Shown here in pieces: positions 39,326 to 52,242 of a DNA stretch of 52,911 bases (positions within the stretch are counted from its first letter, which is position 1; each line of letters starts with the position of its first letter). The notes below the pieces were generated by a model, which was not told the origin of the DNA, made no database searches, and saw only the letters and a list, made by a program, of their open reading frames with translations. The position numbers were made by a program, and so were the translations under genes. The stretch is taken from sequence record DRR378314_1973; one strand, given 5' to 3'.

Positions 39326-40684
39326 ATGGCCCAATGGAGTGCGCGCAGTTGGCGCGATAAGCCAATAGAACAACAACCGACGTATTCAGATCCGTCGCAG
39401 TTGCAGGCAGTAGAACAGCAACTGAGTCAGTTCCCGCCACTGGTGTTCGCAGAAGAGATACGAGCGTTAAGAAACCAGTTAAAGAATGTCTGCGTAGGAG
39501 AGGGTTTCCTGCTGCAGGGCGGCGATTGTGCAGAGTCGTTTAGTGACTTCAACGCACCGAAAATTCGTGACACTTTTAAGGTCATTCTGCAGATGGCCAT
39601 TGTCATGACGTTTGCAGGCTCCTGTCCGGTGACAAAAGTTGCACGCATGGCCGGGCAGTATGCGAAGCCGCGCTCTAGTGACTTTGAAACCATTGGCGAC
39701 CTCAGTCTGCCCAGTTACCGTGGCGACATCATTAATGGTTCAGAGTTTGAGGAAATGGCTCGTCAACCTGACCCTGAACGTATGATTAAGGCTTATCATC
39801 ACTCCGCAGCGACCATGAACTTGTTGCGAGCATTTGCGCAGGGCGGTCTGGCCAACTTGCACAAGGTGCATAAATGGAACTTAAGTTTTATTGCCTCTAA
39901 TCCGTTAAAAGAGCGTTACCAGAAAATAGCTGAAGAAATTCAGTCGGCGCTGCGCTTTATGGAAGTATTGGGCATTAACTCAGAGAATAACGCGGCCATT
40001 CACGAGACTTCGCTATTCACCTCGCATGAGGCATTGTTATTGCCTTATGAACAAGCTTTAACCCGCACTGACACATTAACCGGTTTGCCGTATGACTGCT
40101 CAGCGCATATGGTCTGGATTGGTGAACGTACTCGTAAGTTAGATCAAGCTCATGTCGAGTTTATGCGCGGCATTCATAACCCAGTTGGAGTAAAAGTGGG
40201 CCCAACCATGCCAGGTGATGAGCTCATTCAGTTAATTGACGCATTGAACCCTGACAACGAACCCGGACGTTTAACATTAATTACTCGTATGGGCGCCGAT
40301 AATCTGGCTAATAAATTGCCCGAGTTAGTGCGCCGTGTAAAACAGGAAGGTCGTAACGTGGTCTGGTCAAGTGACCCCATGCATGGCAATACGATTAAGG
40401 CTGATAATGGCTTGAAAACCCGGAATTTTGACGCCATACATAAAGAATTAAGACATTTCTTTGCGATTCATCAAGCTGAAGGCACTTACCCTGGGGGCAT
40501 CCATCTGGAAATGACAGGTGAAGATGTTACAGAATGTACCGGCGGTGCCTACCGTATAAGTGAAGCAGATTTGTCCAGTCGTTACCGGACTCAATGCGAT
40601 CCACGACTGAATGCCGATCAAGTGCTAGAATTAGCGTTTTTAGTCGCAGAATCATTAAAAGCAGCTCGCAACGGCGCGGGTTGA
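39326..40684 (+). CDS. 3-deoxy-7-phosphoheptulonate (DAHP) synthase, class II
   Basis: [53 protein letters not shown]. Confidence 0.94.
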   Translation: MAQWSARSWRDKPIEQQPTYSDPSQLQAVEQQLSQFPPLVFAEEIRALRNQLKNVCVGEGFLLQGGDCAESFSDFNAPKIRDTFKVILQMAIVMTFAGSCPVTKVARMAGQYAKPRSSDFETIGDLSLPSYRGDIINGSEFEEMARQPDPERMIKAYHHSAATMNLLRAFAQGGLANLHKVHKWNLSFIASNPLKERYQKIAEEIQSALRFMEVLGINSENNAAIHETSLFTSHEALLLPYEQALTRTDTLTGLPYDCSAHMVWIGERTRKLDQAHVEFMRGIHNPVGVKVGPTMPGDELIQLIDALNPDNEPGRLTLITRMGADNLANKLPELVRRVKQEGRNVVWSSDPMHGNTIKADNGLKTRNFDAIHKELRHFFAIHQAEGTYPGGIHLEMTGEDVTECTGGAYRISEADLSSRYRTQCDPRLNADQVLELAFLVAESLKAARNGAG

Positions 40685-40724
40685 TCATCCCCTTTAACCG
40701 GATATTTAAGAGGTATATTTTTAT

Positions 40725-41522
40725 ATGTCGCAACAGGTAGAAGTGTTATTTGAAAACTTGTGGCAAGATTATTTATCGCGTACACCTTCAGCAAAAAAGG
40801 TGCATCAAATTTTAGGCGAAGGGCATCCGATCGTTAATGATCACGTTGCTTTTCGGACTTTTGATATCAGTCCTGTTGGTCTGGAAGTACTGGCACAACA
40901 TTTTTTGGACTTAGGTTACAAAGAGGGTGGTGACTACCACTTTGAAGCGAAAAAACTGCGTGCAAAACATTTTGAGCATGAAGACCCTGAATTGCCAAAA
41001 GTATTTATCAGCGAATTAATGACGGCTGAATTTTCTGATGAACTGCAGAGCAAAGTCAAAGATATGGTGGCTCAGGTTTCGGCTGAAGACACTAAAAAGC
41101 CGGACTTTCTTTATTCGGGTACGCACTGGAAAGTCAGTTATGCCGATTACCAGTCATTGCTCGAAGAAAGTGAGTACGCTGCGTGGATGGCTGCATTTGG
41201 CTATTGCGCTAACCACTTTACGGTCAGCGTTAACCAGTTACCGGGCTATAAAACGCTTGAGCAGGTAAACCAGAAGTTAAAAGACAATGGTTTCAAACTG
41301 AATACGTCTGGCGGCGAAATCAAAGGGTCTCCGGAAGTTTATCTGGAACAATCATCAACTATGGCTGACCGTCATCCAGTTGAGTTTTCTGATAAGACTG
41401 TTGAGATCCCCAGTTGCTTCTATGAGTTTGCTAAGCGCTACGAAATTGAAGACGGCAAACTGTATACCGGCTTTGTTGCAGCGTCGGCGGACAAAATTTT
41501 TGAAAGCACCAACGCGAAGTAA
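40725..41522 (+). CDS. DUF1338 family protein (HglS/YdcJ-like putative Fe(II) 2-oxoadipate dioxygenase/decarboxylase)
   Basis: NDHVAFRT, PKVFISEL, ESEYAAW, NHFTVSVN, LEQSST, FYEFAKR, GFVAASADKIFEST. The His/His/Glu metal triad is present. Confidence 0.82.
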   Translation: MSQQVEVLFENLWQDYLSRTPSAKKVHQILGEGHPIVNDHVAFRTFDISPVGLEVLAQHFLDLGYKEGGDYHFEAKKLRAKHFEHEDPELPKVFISELMTAEFSDELQSKVKDMVAQVSAEDTKKPDFLYSGTHWKVSYADYQSLLEESEYAAWMAAFGYCANHFTVSVNQLPGYKTLEQVNQKLKDNGFKLNTSGGEIKGSPEVYLEQSSTMADRHPVEFSDKTVEIPSCFYEFAKRYEIEDGKLYTGFVAASADKIFESTNAK

Positions 41523-41552
41523 AGTGTAGCTTCTCAGAATATTAGAGCGGCA

Positions 41553-42368
41553 TTAGTAACGGTGCCGCTCTAAGTTTGTTTTAGCCAGAATTTTTGCGGC
41601 TATCTCTTCTACTGAATAATGAGTTGAGTTGATAAAAGGTACTGCCTCCCGGCTATAGAGCCTTTCAACTTCCGCTAGCTCAAACCGACACTGCGCCATA
41701 GAAGCGTATTGGCTGCCTTCCCGTCTTTGACTTCTAATTTCATGTAAACGCTGTGACGACAAGGTCAATCCAAATAGCTTATGACGATATTGCTTAAGTT
41801 CTTTAGGCAATTGCAGTCGTTCAAAGTCGTCATCGTCGGTCAGAGGGTAGTTGGCAACTTTAATTCCGTATTGCATGGCCAGGTATAAGCTGGTCGGCGT
41901 TTTCCCTGTACGCGACACCCCAATTAAAATCAGGTCAGCTTTATCCAGTTGATTTAAGCGTTTGCCATCGTCGTTATCCAGCGCGTAATTGATGGCATCT
42001 ATTCTGAAGTTGTAGTTTTTATGTACACCATGAGTACGGTGTGTTTTCGGTTCCGCCTTAACACCCAGCTCTTTTTCCACCGGAGCAATAAAGTGGTCTA
42101 AAAAGTCGTAACAAATGCCTCCACAGTCGGTAATTTTTGCTTTTAGCTTCTCGTTAACGAAAGTATGGAAGATTAAAGGCGGCTCACCACTGTCGGAAAC
42201 GGCTTTTTTTATTGTTTTACACACCTCATTTGCTTTTTCCTGATTATCGATAAAAGGTAATGTTTTGTGCTCAAAATTGACCGGGAACATGGACAAAAGC
42301 GCGTGGCCAAAGGCCTCGGCGGTTAATGCTGTACCATCTGAAATGTAAAATGCATAGCGCACTGGCAA
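41553..42368 (-). CDS. ppsR: PEP synthase regulatory kinase/pyrophosphorylase
   Basis: [42 protein letters not shown]. Divergent from ppsA. Start is TTG 42368 or GTG 42362. Confidence 0.93.
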
Positions 42369-42469
42369 ATCTCTTTTTAACCGATTGTAGGTTCGATATT
42401 AACTTGTTGGGCCACAGCGTGTAAAATAGATGCCACTTCCATGCCGAAAAATCAATTAAGGATTGTGAC

Positions 42470-44836
42470 GTGCAAGAATACGTAGTTTGGTACCAACATC
42501 TGGGAATGCAGGACGTAAACCGAGTGGGTGGCAAAAATGCCTCGCTGGGTGAGATGATCAGTAACTTAGCCGGAGCAGGAGTTGAAGTGCCCGGTGGTTT
42601 TGCAACAACGGCTGATGCCTATAACCAGTTTCTGGAGCAAAGTGGTTTAAACGATCGTATTCACGATTTGCTCGACACGCTTGATGTTGACGACGTACAG
42701 GCCTTGGCTCAGGCTGGCAAAAAAATCCGCCAATGGATTATTGATACGCCTTTTCAACCAGAATTTGAAGCAGCTATTAAAGACGCTTTTGCTGAGTTAA
42801 GTGAAAACAACGACGAATTTAGCTTTGCGGTACGCAGTTCTGCGACGGCAGAAGATATGCCGGATGCTTCATTTGCCGGCCAGCAGGAAACCTTCCTGAA
42901 TGTACGTGGCTTAAGTAGTGTAATGGAAGCCATTAAACACGTGTTTGCTTCATTATTTAACGACCGCGCTATTTCCTATCGCGTTCACCAGGGCTACGAC
43001 CACCGCGGTGTTGCGTTGTCGGCTGGTATACAACGTATGGTACGCAGTGACATTGCCTCTTCCGGTGTTATGTTCAGCATTGATACAGAGTCAGGTTTTG
43101 ATGACGTGGTTTTCATTACCTCATCTTACGGTCTTGGTGAGATGGTCGTGCAGGGGGCGGTTAACCCAGATGAATTCTACGTACATAAACCAACCTTAAA
43201 AGCAGGGCGCCCTTCAGTATTGCGCAGAACTCTGGGCAGCAAGAAAATTCAAATGATTTTCTCTGACGACAGAGAACATGGAAAACAGACATTAATAGAA
43301 GACATAGAAAAGTCGAAGAGCCTGACCTTCTCGGTAACAGACGAAGAAGTCGAAACACTGGCTAAGCAAGCTCTTATTATTGAGGAGCATTATGGTCGTC
43401 CAATGGACATTGAGTGGGCAAAAGATGGCGTCGACGGCAAGCTGTATATTGTTCAGGCACGTCCTGAAACGGTTCAGTCAAACCAAAAAGGGCAAGCCAT
43501 TGAGCGTTTTGCGTTAAAAACTAAAAGCGACGTTGTCTGCACAGGGCGCGCTATTGGCCAGCGTATTGGTCGTGGTGTTGCTCGTGTTCTGAATGACATT
43601 AGCGAAATGGATAAAGTGCAGCCGGGCGATGTATTAGTTACCGACATGACCGACCCTGACTGGGAACCAATTATGAAACGTGCGGCGGCCATTGTTACTA
43701 ACCGCGGTGGTCGTACTTGCCACGCAGCGATTATTGCACGCGAACTGGGCATTCCGGCGGTTGTTGGTTGCGGTGACGCAACTGACCATATCAGTAATGG
43801 TCAGGCCGTTACGGTTTCTTGTGCCGAAGGCGACACCGGTTATATCTACCAGGGTGAACTGGACTTTGATATTACCGAATCACAAATTGATGCCATGCCG
43901 GATCTGCCGTTAAAAATTATGATGAACGTGGGTAACCCGGACCGAGCCTTCGATTTCGCCAGCTTACCTCATGCCGGTATTGGTCTGGCTCGTCTGGAGT
44001 TTATTATCAACCGGATGATAGGGGTTCACCCTAAAGCCTTGCTTAATTACGACCAGCAAAGCGACGAATTGAAGCAGACGATTGATAGCATGATGGCCGG
44101 CTACAGCAGCCCTCGCGAATATTACGTAGCGCGTTTAGCCGAAGGAATTTCTACCTTGGGAGCCGCATTCTCTCCAGAACGCGTCATTGTGCGCATGTCT
44201 GACTTTAAGTCGAACGAATACGCGAATCTTATTGGCGGAAAACAGTATGAGCCAGGTGAAGAGAACCCAATGCTGGGCTTCCGGGGCGCGTCGCGTTATA
44301 TCTCAGAAGAGTTCCGGGACTGCTTTGCATTAGAGTGTGAAGCAATTAAACGCGTTCGTAACGATATGGGTCTGACCAATATCGAAATCATGATCCCGTT
44401 TGTCAGAACTCTTGAAGAAGGGCGTAAAGTAATTGAACTTCTGGCCGAGCAGGGGCTGGTTCAGGGCGAAAATGGCCTGCGCGTTATTATGATGTGTGAA
44501 CTGCCTTCTAATGCTCTGCTGGCCGATGAATTCCTCGATATCTTCGACGGTTTCTCTATTGGCTCTAATGATTTAACCCAGTTAACTTTAGGTTTGGATC
44601 GTGATTCCGGTGTTATCGCGCACTTATTTGATGAGCGTGACGAAGCTGTGAAGAAACTGCTGGCAATGGCCATTCAAACGGCGAAGAAACGCGGTAAGTA
44701 CGTTGGTATTTGTGGTCAGGGCCCGTCGGATCATCCTGATTTTGCAGCCTGGTTGGTTGATCAGGGCATTGATTCGGTATCGCTGAACCCGGACACCGTT
44801 ATTGAAACCTGGATGTACCTGGCGGAAAACCTATAA
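42470..44836 (+). CDS. ppsA: Phosphoenolpyruvate synthase
   Basis: [47 protein letters not shown] start. Confidence 0.97.
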   Translation: MQEYVVWYQHLGMQDVNRVGGKNASLGEMISNLAGAGVEVPGGFATTADAYNQFLEQSGLNDRIHDLLDTLDVDDVQALAQAGKKIRQWIIDTPFQPEFEAAIKDAFAELSENNDEFSFAVRSSATAEDMPDASFAGQQETFLNVRGLSSVMEAIKHVFASLFNDRAISYRVHQGYDHRGVALSAGIQRMVRSDIASSGVMFSIDTESGFDDVVFITSSYGLGEMVVQGAVNPDEFYVHKPTLKAGRPSVLRRTLGSKKIQMIFSDDREHGKQTLIEDIEKSKSLTFSVTDEEVETLAKQALIIEEHYGRPMDIEWAKDGVDGKLYIVQARPETVQSNQKGQAIERFALKTKSDVVCTGRAIGQRIGRGVARVLNDISEMDKVQPGDVLVTDMTDPDWEPIMKRAAAIVTNRGGRTCHAAIIARELGIPAVVGCGDATDHISNGQAVTVSCAEGDTGYIYQGELDFDITESQIDAMPDLPLKIMMNVGNPDRAFDFASLPHAGIGLARLEFIINRMIGVHPKALLNYDQQSDELKQTIDSMMAGYSSPREYYVARLAEGISTLGAAFSPERVIVRMSDFKSNEYANLIGGKQYEPGEENPMLGFRGASRYISEEFRDCFALECEAIKRVRNDMGLTNIEIMIPFVRTLEEGRKVIELLAEQGLVQGENGLRVIMMCELPSNALLADEFLDIFDGFSIGSNDLTQLTLGLDRDSGVIAHLFDERDEAVKKLLAMAIQTAKKRGKYVGICGQGPSDHPDFAAWLVDQGIDSVSLNPDTVIETWMYLAENL

Positions 44837-44838
44837 GT

Positions 44839-47800
44839 ATGACTGTATTACCTGAGATTGCTGCTGAGAATGCGTTACCAGATGACTACCGGCACTTTAT
44901 TGAGCAGGTAAGAAGCTCAGAGTTTGCAGGTGAAATTGACGTGAGTTATTCGGGCCGTTTAATCGCGGCCACGGATAACAGCGTTTACCAAAACCTGCCT
45001 CAGGCTGTTTTGTATCCTCTTAATCAAACCGACCTTGTATTGCTGATGAAGCTGGCAGGTCAGGAAAACAATAGCAGTGTGCAGTTCTCTCCCCGTGGAG
45101 GTGGCACCGGCACCAATGGGCAGTCTTTAACTTCCGGTATTGTGGTGGACTTAAGTCGCCACATGAATAAAGTACTGGAAGTTAACCCTAAAGAGGGCTG
45201 GGTGCGAGTGCAGGCCGGGGTGGTAAAAGATCAGCTCAACGATATTTTGCGCCCTCATGGCTATTTCTTTTCACCTGACTTATCGACCAGTAACCGTGCG
45301 ACTCTTGGCGGGATGATCAATACCGACGCATCCGGTCAGGGCTCCTTAGTTTATGGTAAAACCAGCGATCATATTCTTGGTTTAAAGACTGTGCTGCTTG
45401 ACGGTTCTGTACTTGATAGCGGACCGGTTTCGCTTGAACAGGCCGAAACTGTTGCACAGCAGGATAATCGCATTGCCCGAATTTACAGACAGATTATTGA
45501 TACCTGTGTCGGTGAAGCTGAGAGTATTCGTGATAAATTTCCGCCGCTGAATCGGTTTTTAACCGGTTATGACTTGAAACATGCCTATAACGCCGAGCAG
45601 CAAAAGATAGATGTTTCGCGAATAATTGCGGGCTCAGAAGGAACCTTAGGGTTTGTCAGTGAAGCCCGGCTGAATATTACTCCTATTCCCAAACACCGGG
45701 TGTTAGTGAACGTAAAGTATTCAAATTTCCAGGCTGCTTTAGAGAACTCGCCTTTTTTAGTTGATGCCAAAGCAACCTCAGTAGAGACAGTTGACAGTAC
45801 CGTACTGAATCTTGCACGTCAGGATATAATCTGGAAGTCGGTTGAACCACTATTGTCTGATGTTGAAGGTCAGCGAATGGATGGCATCAACATGGTTGAG
45901 TTCACGGGGTTAAATCAGGAAGAAATAGACAGCAAAGTTAACTCTTTAACCCAACGCCTGGACAAGCTGATTAAAAGCAAAGACAGCAAAGGTGTGATTG
46001 GCTATCAAGTCTGTGATGATTTACCCAGTATCCAGTTGATTTATGCGATGCGGAAAAAATCGGTAGGCTTGCTGGGCGCAACTAAAGGACGGCGTAAACC
46101 CGTAGCTTTTGCTGAAGACACCGCTGTACCGCCCGAGAAACTGGCTGATTTTATTAACGAGTTTCGTGCTCTTTTAGACGCTAACGGCCTGCATTACGGC
46201 ATGTTTGGGCATGCAGATGCCGGAGTTTTGCATGTGCGCCCGGCACTGGATTTGTGTGAGCCTGAAGATGAAGTCATGCTCAGACAAATCAGTGATAAAG
46301 TTGCCGAGCTGACACAAAAGTACGGTGGACTCATGTGGGGCGAACACGGTAAAGGGTATCGCTCAGAGTACGTACCGGCATTTTTTGGCGAGCATCTCTA
46401 TACCGAATTGCAAAAAATTAAGGCCAGCTTTGACCCCTTTAACCAGCTAAACCCGGGGAAAATCTGTACGCCGTTTAACACCAATGCCGAGCTTATTTCT
46501 GTCGATGCCGTTAAGCGCGGCTTCTTTGATCGTCAAATACCGGTGGCTACACGCGACAGCTATAAAAATGCGATGGACTGTAACGGTAATGGCTTGTGCT
46601 TTAATTACGATCCTAAGTCCGCTATGTGCCCCTCTTATAAGATAACGCGGGACCGTCGTTATTCTCCTAAGGGCCGGGCAGGGCTTTTACGTGAATGGTT
46701 ACGGTTAACTCACAACGCCGGCTATAACGCGGCTGAAAAACCGGAGTCAGTGGGCTTTGCGAAACGTCAGCTTAACCGGTTTACCGGGAAAAATGATTTC
46801 AGCCACGAAGTGAAAGAGTCCATGGACAAATGCCTGGCTTGTAAGGCGTGTACCAACCAATGCCCAGTCAGTGTCGATGTGCCGACGTTCCGCGCTCGTT
46901 TTTATGATCATTACTACAGTAAATACGCTCGTCCGTTAAAAGACTATCTGGTCAAAGGTATTGAAAAGACCGCTCCGGTAGCGAGTAAGTTTCCCAGGTT
47001 GAGTAATTTACTGATTAATAATCCGTTAAGCCGGTTTGTACTCAAATACGGTATTGGCTATGTCGATACGCCGTTATTCTCAGCGCCCAACTTAAGAACC
47101 GCCTGGCACCGAAACGGGCTTATTGAGTTAACCACAGAGCAGATAATGAGTTTGACCGAGGATGAGAAGTCAAACTCGGTGGTTATTGCGCAGGACCCGT
47201 TCACAACCTTCTACGAGGCCGATCTGGTTCTAAAACTGGGTCTGCTTATCAAAAAGTTAGGTTACACACCGATTTTACTGCCGTTCTTAGGACATGGTAA
47301 AGCGCAGCACGTAAAAGGCTTTATCAGCGACTTTGAGAAAACAGCCGCAAAGGTGACCGAGCAGTTAAAACCTATTTCTGATGCTGGTATTCCATTAATT
47401 GGGCCCGACAGCTCTACAGCATTGATATTCCGGGACGAGTATCGCAAGGCGAGCGATGGTCAACTACCAGAAGTTAACGTAATGACGGTTGTAGAATGGC
47501 TTAATACCTTGAACTTTGACAATATCAGTTCATTCAGCACCAGTCGCTACGGTCTAATGCTGCACTGTACCGAACAGAGTTTCGTACCTGAGTCAGCTAA
47601 ACAATGGCAAGCCTTATTCCAAAATCTGGGGCTAAAACTGGATATTGTTAATGTGGGTTGCTGCGGCATGGCCGGTACATTTGGTCATGAAAAACAGAAT
47701 CAGGAAGACAGCAGGGGACTTTATCAAAGGGGCTGGCAACAAGCGGTTCAGGAGTATGGAAGCAGCGGAGTACTGGTTACTGGATTCTCTTGTCGCTCAC

Positions 47801-47868
47801 AAATAAAACGGATAGAAAAAAAGCGGGTGAGACACCCGCTTGAGATAATCTTACAAAGCCTGAGTTAA
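44839..47868 (+). CDS. ydiJ: FAD-linked, Fe-S oxidoreductase YdiJ (D-2-hydroxyglutarate dehydrogenase family)
   Basis: PRGGGTGTNGQ, GSEGTL, WGEHGKG, CNGNGLC, CLACKACTNQCP, GCCGMAG, TGFSCRSQ. Confidence 0.9.
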   Translation: MTVLPEIAAENALPDDYRHFIEQVRSSEFAGEIDVSYSGRLIAATDNSVYQNLPQAVLYPLNQTDLVLLMKLAGQENNSSVQFSPRGGGTGTNGQSLTSGIVVDLSRHMNKVLEVNPKEGWVRVQAGVVKDQLNDILRPHGYFFSPDLSTSNRATLGGMINTDASGQGSLVYGKTSDHILGLKTVLLDGSVLDSGPVSLEQAETVAQQDNRIARIYRQIIDTCVGEAESIRDKFPPLNRFLTGYDLKHAYNAEQQKIDVSRIIAGSEGTLGFVSEARLNITPIPKHRVLVNVKYSNFQAALENSPFLVDAKATSVETVDSTVLNLARQDIIWKSVEPLLSDVEGQRMDGINMVEFTGLNQEEIDSKVNSLTQRLDKLIKSKDSKGVIGYQVCDDLPSIQLIYAMRKKSVGLLGATKGRRKPVAFAEDTAVPPEKLADFINEFRALLDANGLHYGMFGHADAGVLHVRPALDLCEPEDEVMLRQISDKVAELTQKYGGLMWGEHGKGYRSEYVPAFFGEHLYTELQKIKASFDPFNQLNPGKICTPFNTNAELISVDAVKRGFFDRQIPVATRDSYKNAMDCNGNGLCFNYDPKSAMCPSYKITRDRRYSPKGRAGLLREWLRLTHNAGYNAAEKPESVGFAKRQLNRFTGKNDFSHEVKESMDKCLACKACTNQCPVSVDVPTFRARFYDHYYSKYARPLKDYLVKGIEKTAPVASKFPRLSNLLINNPLSRFVLKYGIGYVDTPLFSAPNLRTAWHRNGLIELTTEQIMSLTEDEKSNSVVIAQDPFTTFYEADLVLKLGLLIKKLGYTPILLPFLGHGKAQHVKGFISDFEKTAAKVTEQLKPISDAGIPLIGPDSSTALIFRDEYRKASDGQLPEVNVMTVVEWLNTLNFDNISSFSTSRYGLMLHCTEQSFVPESAKQWQALFQNLGLKLDIVNVGCCGMAGTFGHEKQNQEDSRGLYQRGWQQAVQEYGSSGVLVTGFSCRSQIKRIEKKRVRHPLEIILQSLS

Positions 47869-47880
47869 CTCAGGCTTTTT
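47855..47880. terminator. Terminator between convergent ydiJ and leucine dehydrogenase
   Basis: Perfect 24-bp palindrome AAAGCCTGAGTTAACTCAGGCTTT with a T-run. It contains the ydiJ stop codon. Confidence 0.75.
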
Positions 47881-47894
47881 ATTTGCAGTGACGT

Positions 47895-48932
47895 TTACTG
47901 CTTACCTTTGGCGATAATTTCGCGAGCCATTTCATCAGCTACTGTTCCGGTAGGACGATCTTCGTCCTGTGCCCGGGCAAAAAGCTGATCTAAGGTATCG
48001 TATATACCGCGCACACGTTTTTCTGTTTCTTCCACAGTAAAGTTGGCGGCTTCTGAACAGATATGAATAACGCCACCGGCATTAATCACGTAGTCCGGAG
48101 CGTATAAAATACCCATATCTTTAACGGCTTTATCATGTTTAGGGTTAGCTAACTGGTTATTCGCGCTGCCGGCAATAATTTTGACTTTAAGTTGCTTCAA
48201 AGTCTCATCATTGATGGTGGCACCTAAAGCGCATGGTGCGTACACGTCAGCGTCTACGGCATAGATTTCATCCAGACCAACAGCTTTCGCGCCCAGTTCT
48301 TTAACGGCACGCTCAATGGCTTCTTCGTTAATATCGGTAACAATCAGTTCAGCACCGTCTTCTGCGCAGTACTTGGCGAAATCGTAGCCAACAGCGCCCA
48401 GACCCTGAATGGCAATTTTAACACCTTTAAGATCTTCGCTACCTAATTTGTGTTTTGCTGCCGCTTTAAGACCAAGGTAAGTACCCAGTGCTGTATGAGG
48501 TGAAGGGTCGCCGGCTTTATCTGCCGTGCCTGCAACGTAGCTGGTCTCTTTTGCGACCATACCGATGTCTTCAGTACGAATGTTGACGTCTTCAGCGGTA
48601 ATGTAACGACCACTTAAAGACTCGATGAAGCGACCATAAGCGCGGAAGAGTTCTTCGCTTTTGATCTTTTTCGCGTCGCCGATGATAACCGCTTTACCGC
48701 CACCTAAAGGCAGACCTGCCATTGCACTTTTATAAGTCATACCACGAGACAAACGCAGTACATCGGTGACCGCTTCGGCAGAAGAAGCGTAATTCCATAA
48801 ACGAGTACCACCAAGGCTTGGACCTAGAGTTGTATCGTGGATGGCAATAATGGCTTTTAAGCCTGATTCCTGATCATGACAAAACACCACTTGCTCGTGG
48901 TGATCAAATTCGGGATGCTCGTATAGAGACAT
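47895..48932 (-). CDS. ldh: Leucine dehydrogenase (Glu/Leu/Phe/Val dehydrogenase family)
   Basis: IAIHDTTLGPSLGG, LSRGMTYK, GGGKAV, YITAEDV, GDPSPHTA, GSANNQL, DYVINAGG. Start is ATG 48932 or GTG 48941. Confidence 0.9.
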   Translation of the reverse strand: MSLYEHPEFDHHEQVVFCHDQESGLKAIIAIHDTTLGPSLGGTRLWNYASSAEAVTDVLRLSRGMTYKSAMAGLPLGGGKAVIIGDAKKIKSEELFRAYGRFIESLSGRYITAEDVNIRTEDIGMVAKETSYVAGTADKAGDPSPHTALGTYLGLKAAAKHKLGSEDLKGVKIAIQGLGAVGYDFAKYCAEDGAELIVTDINEEAIERAVKELGAKAVGLDEIYAVDADVYAPCALGATINDETLKQLKVKIIAGSANNQLANPKHDKAVKDMGILYAPDYVINAGGVIHICSEAANFTVEETEKRVRGIYDTLDQLFARAQDEDRPTGTVADEMAREIIAKGKQ

Positions 48933-49064
48933 GAGTTTCACTTCCTCATTGCTTCAAAAATTGCGCGAACATTACCATTTAGATAAGGCTCGCGCTACTT
49001 TAAGATGTGAATAAATTTAGGTATTTAAACGGGCGTTTATCAACTCTTGTTTACACAGAATCAC

Positions 49065-51595
<2,531 letters not shown>

Positions 51596-51621
51596 TTAAT
51601 TAAATCGTTAATTGTTACTGG

Positions 51622-52242
51622 TTATGCGACATGCAGCAGTTGCTGCGCTGTATCTAACATTTTCTTTCTAGAAAACACGAAATGACGACGCTTGCCGCCT
51701 ACTTGCTGCCAAAGCACGGCACTGCGAATGCCAGCTAGCAGCAGGGTTCTAATATGGTGTTGATTTGAGTCCCGTTTTAAAAACTCCGGGTTACCATTAA
51801 TGCGAATAGGTTGTCCCAGGGGGCTTATCAGTTCGCGATAAATTCCAGCCAAACTTTGCTGAATGCGGTAGTTTTCAAACTCAAACTCTTCTTTTTGACG
51901 TTTTACCTGGGTAATACGCTCGCCCAGTAAATTGAGTATATCTGGTTGCTTTAAGAGCTTTCTGGATAAATGAATGAGGCCTATCAGATAGCGGGTAACC
52001 TCAATGTCCTTATTTTTATTGCTGCCGGCCTGGCGAATAAACGCCTGGATACCGGGTTTAATGTTGTCCAGTCCGCCGTAAATATCTTCGATATTGTCCG
52101 GGTTTTGCTGTAAAAGGCTGTGCACTAAGGTATTGCTAATAGATTCCGGGTAAAGCTCTCCGCTGCGAGCCAGCTTCTGCACAGCCATAGCACTTAACGA
52201 CATGCCAGCTAAGGCAATTACCCGTTGCTGCCATTCGTTCAT
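51622..52242 (-). CDS. hflD: High frequency lysogenization protein HflD
   Basis: [38 protein letters not shown]. mnmA-hflD-purB synteny. Confidence 0.92.
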   Translation of the reverse strand: MNEWQQRVIALAGMSLSAMAVQKLARSGELYPESISNTLVHSLLQQNPDNIEDIYGGLDNIKPGIQAFIRQAGSNKNKDIEVTRYLIGLIHLSRKLLKQPDILNLLGERITQVKRQKEEFEFENYRIQQSLAGIYRELISPLGQPIRINGNPEFLKRDSNQHHIRTLLLAGIRSAVLWQQVGGKRRHFVFSRKKMLDTAQQLLHVA

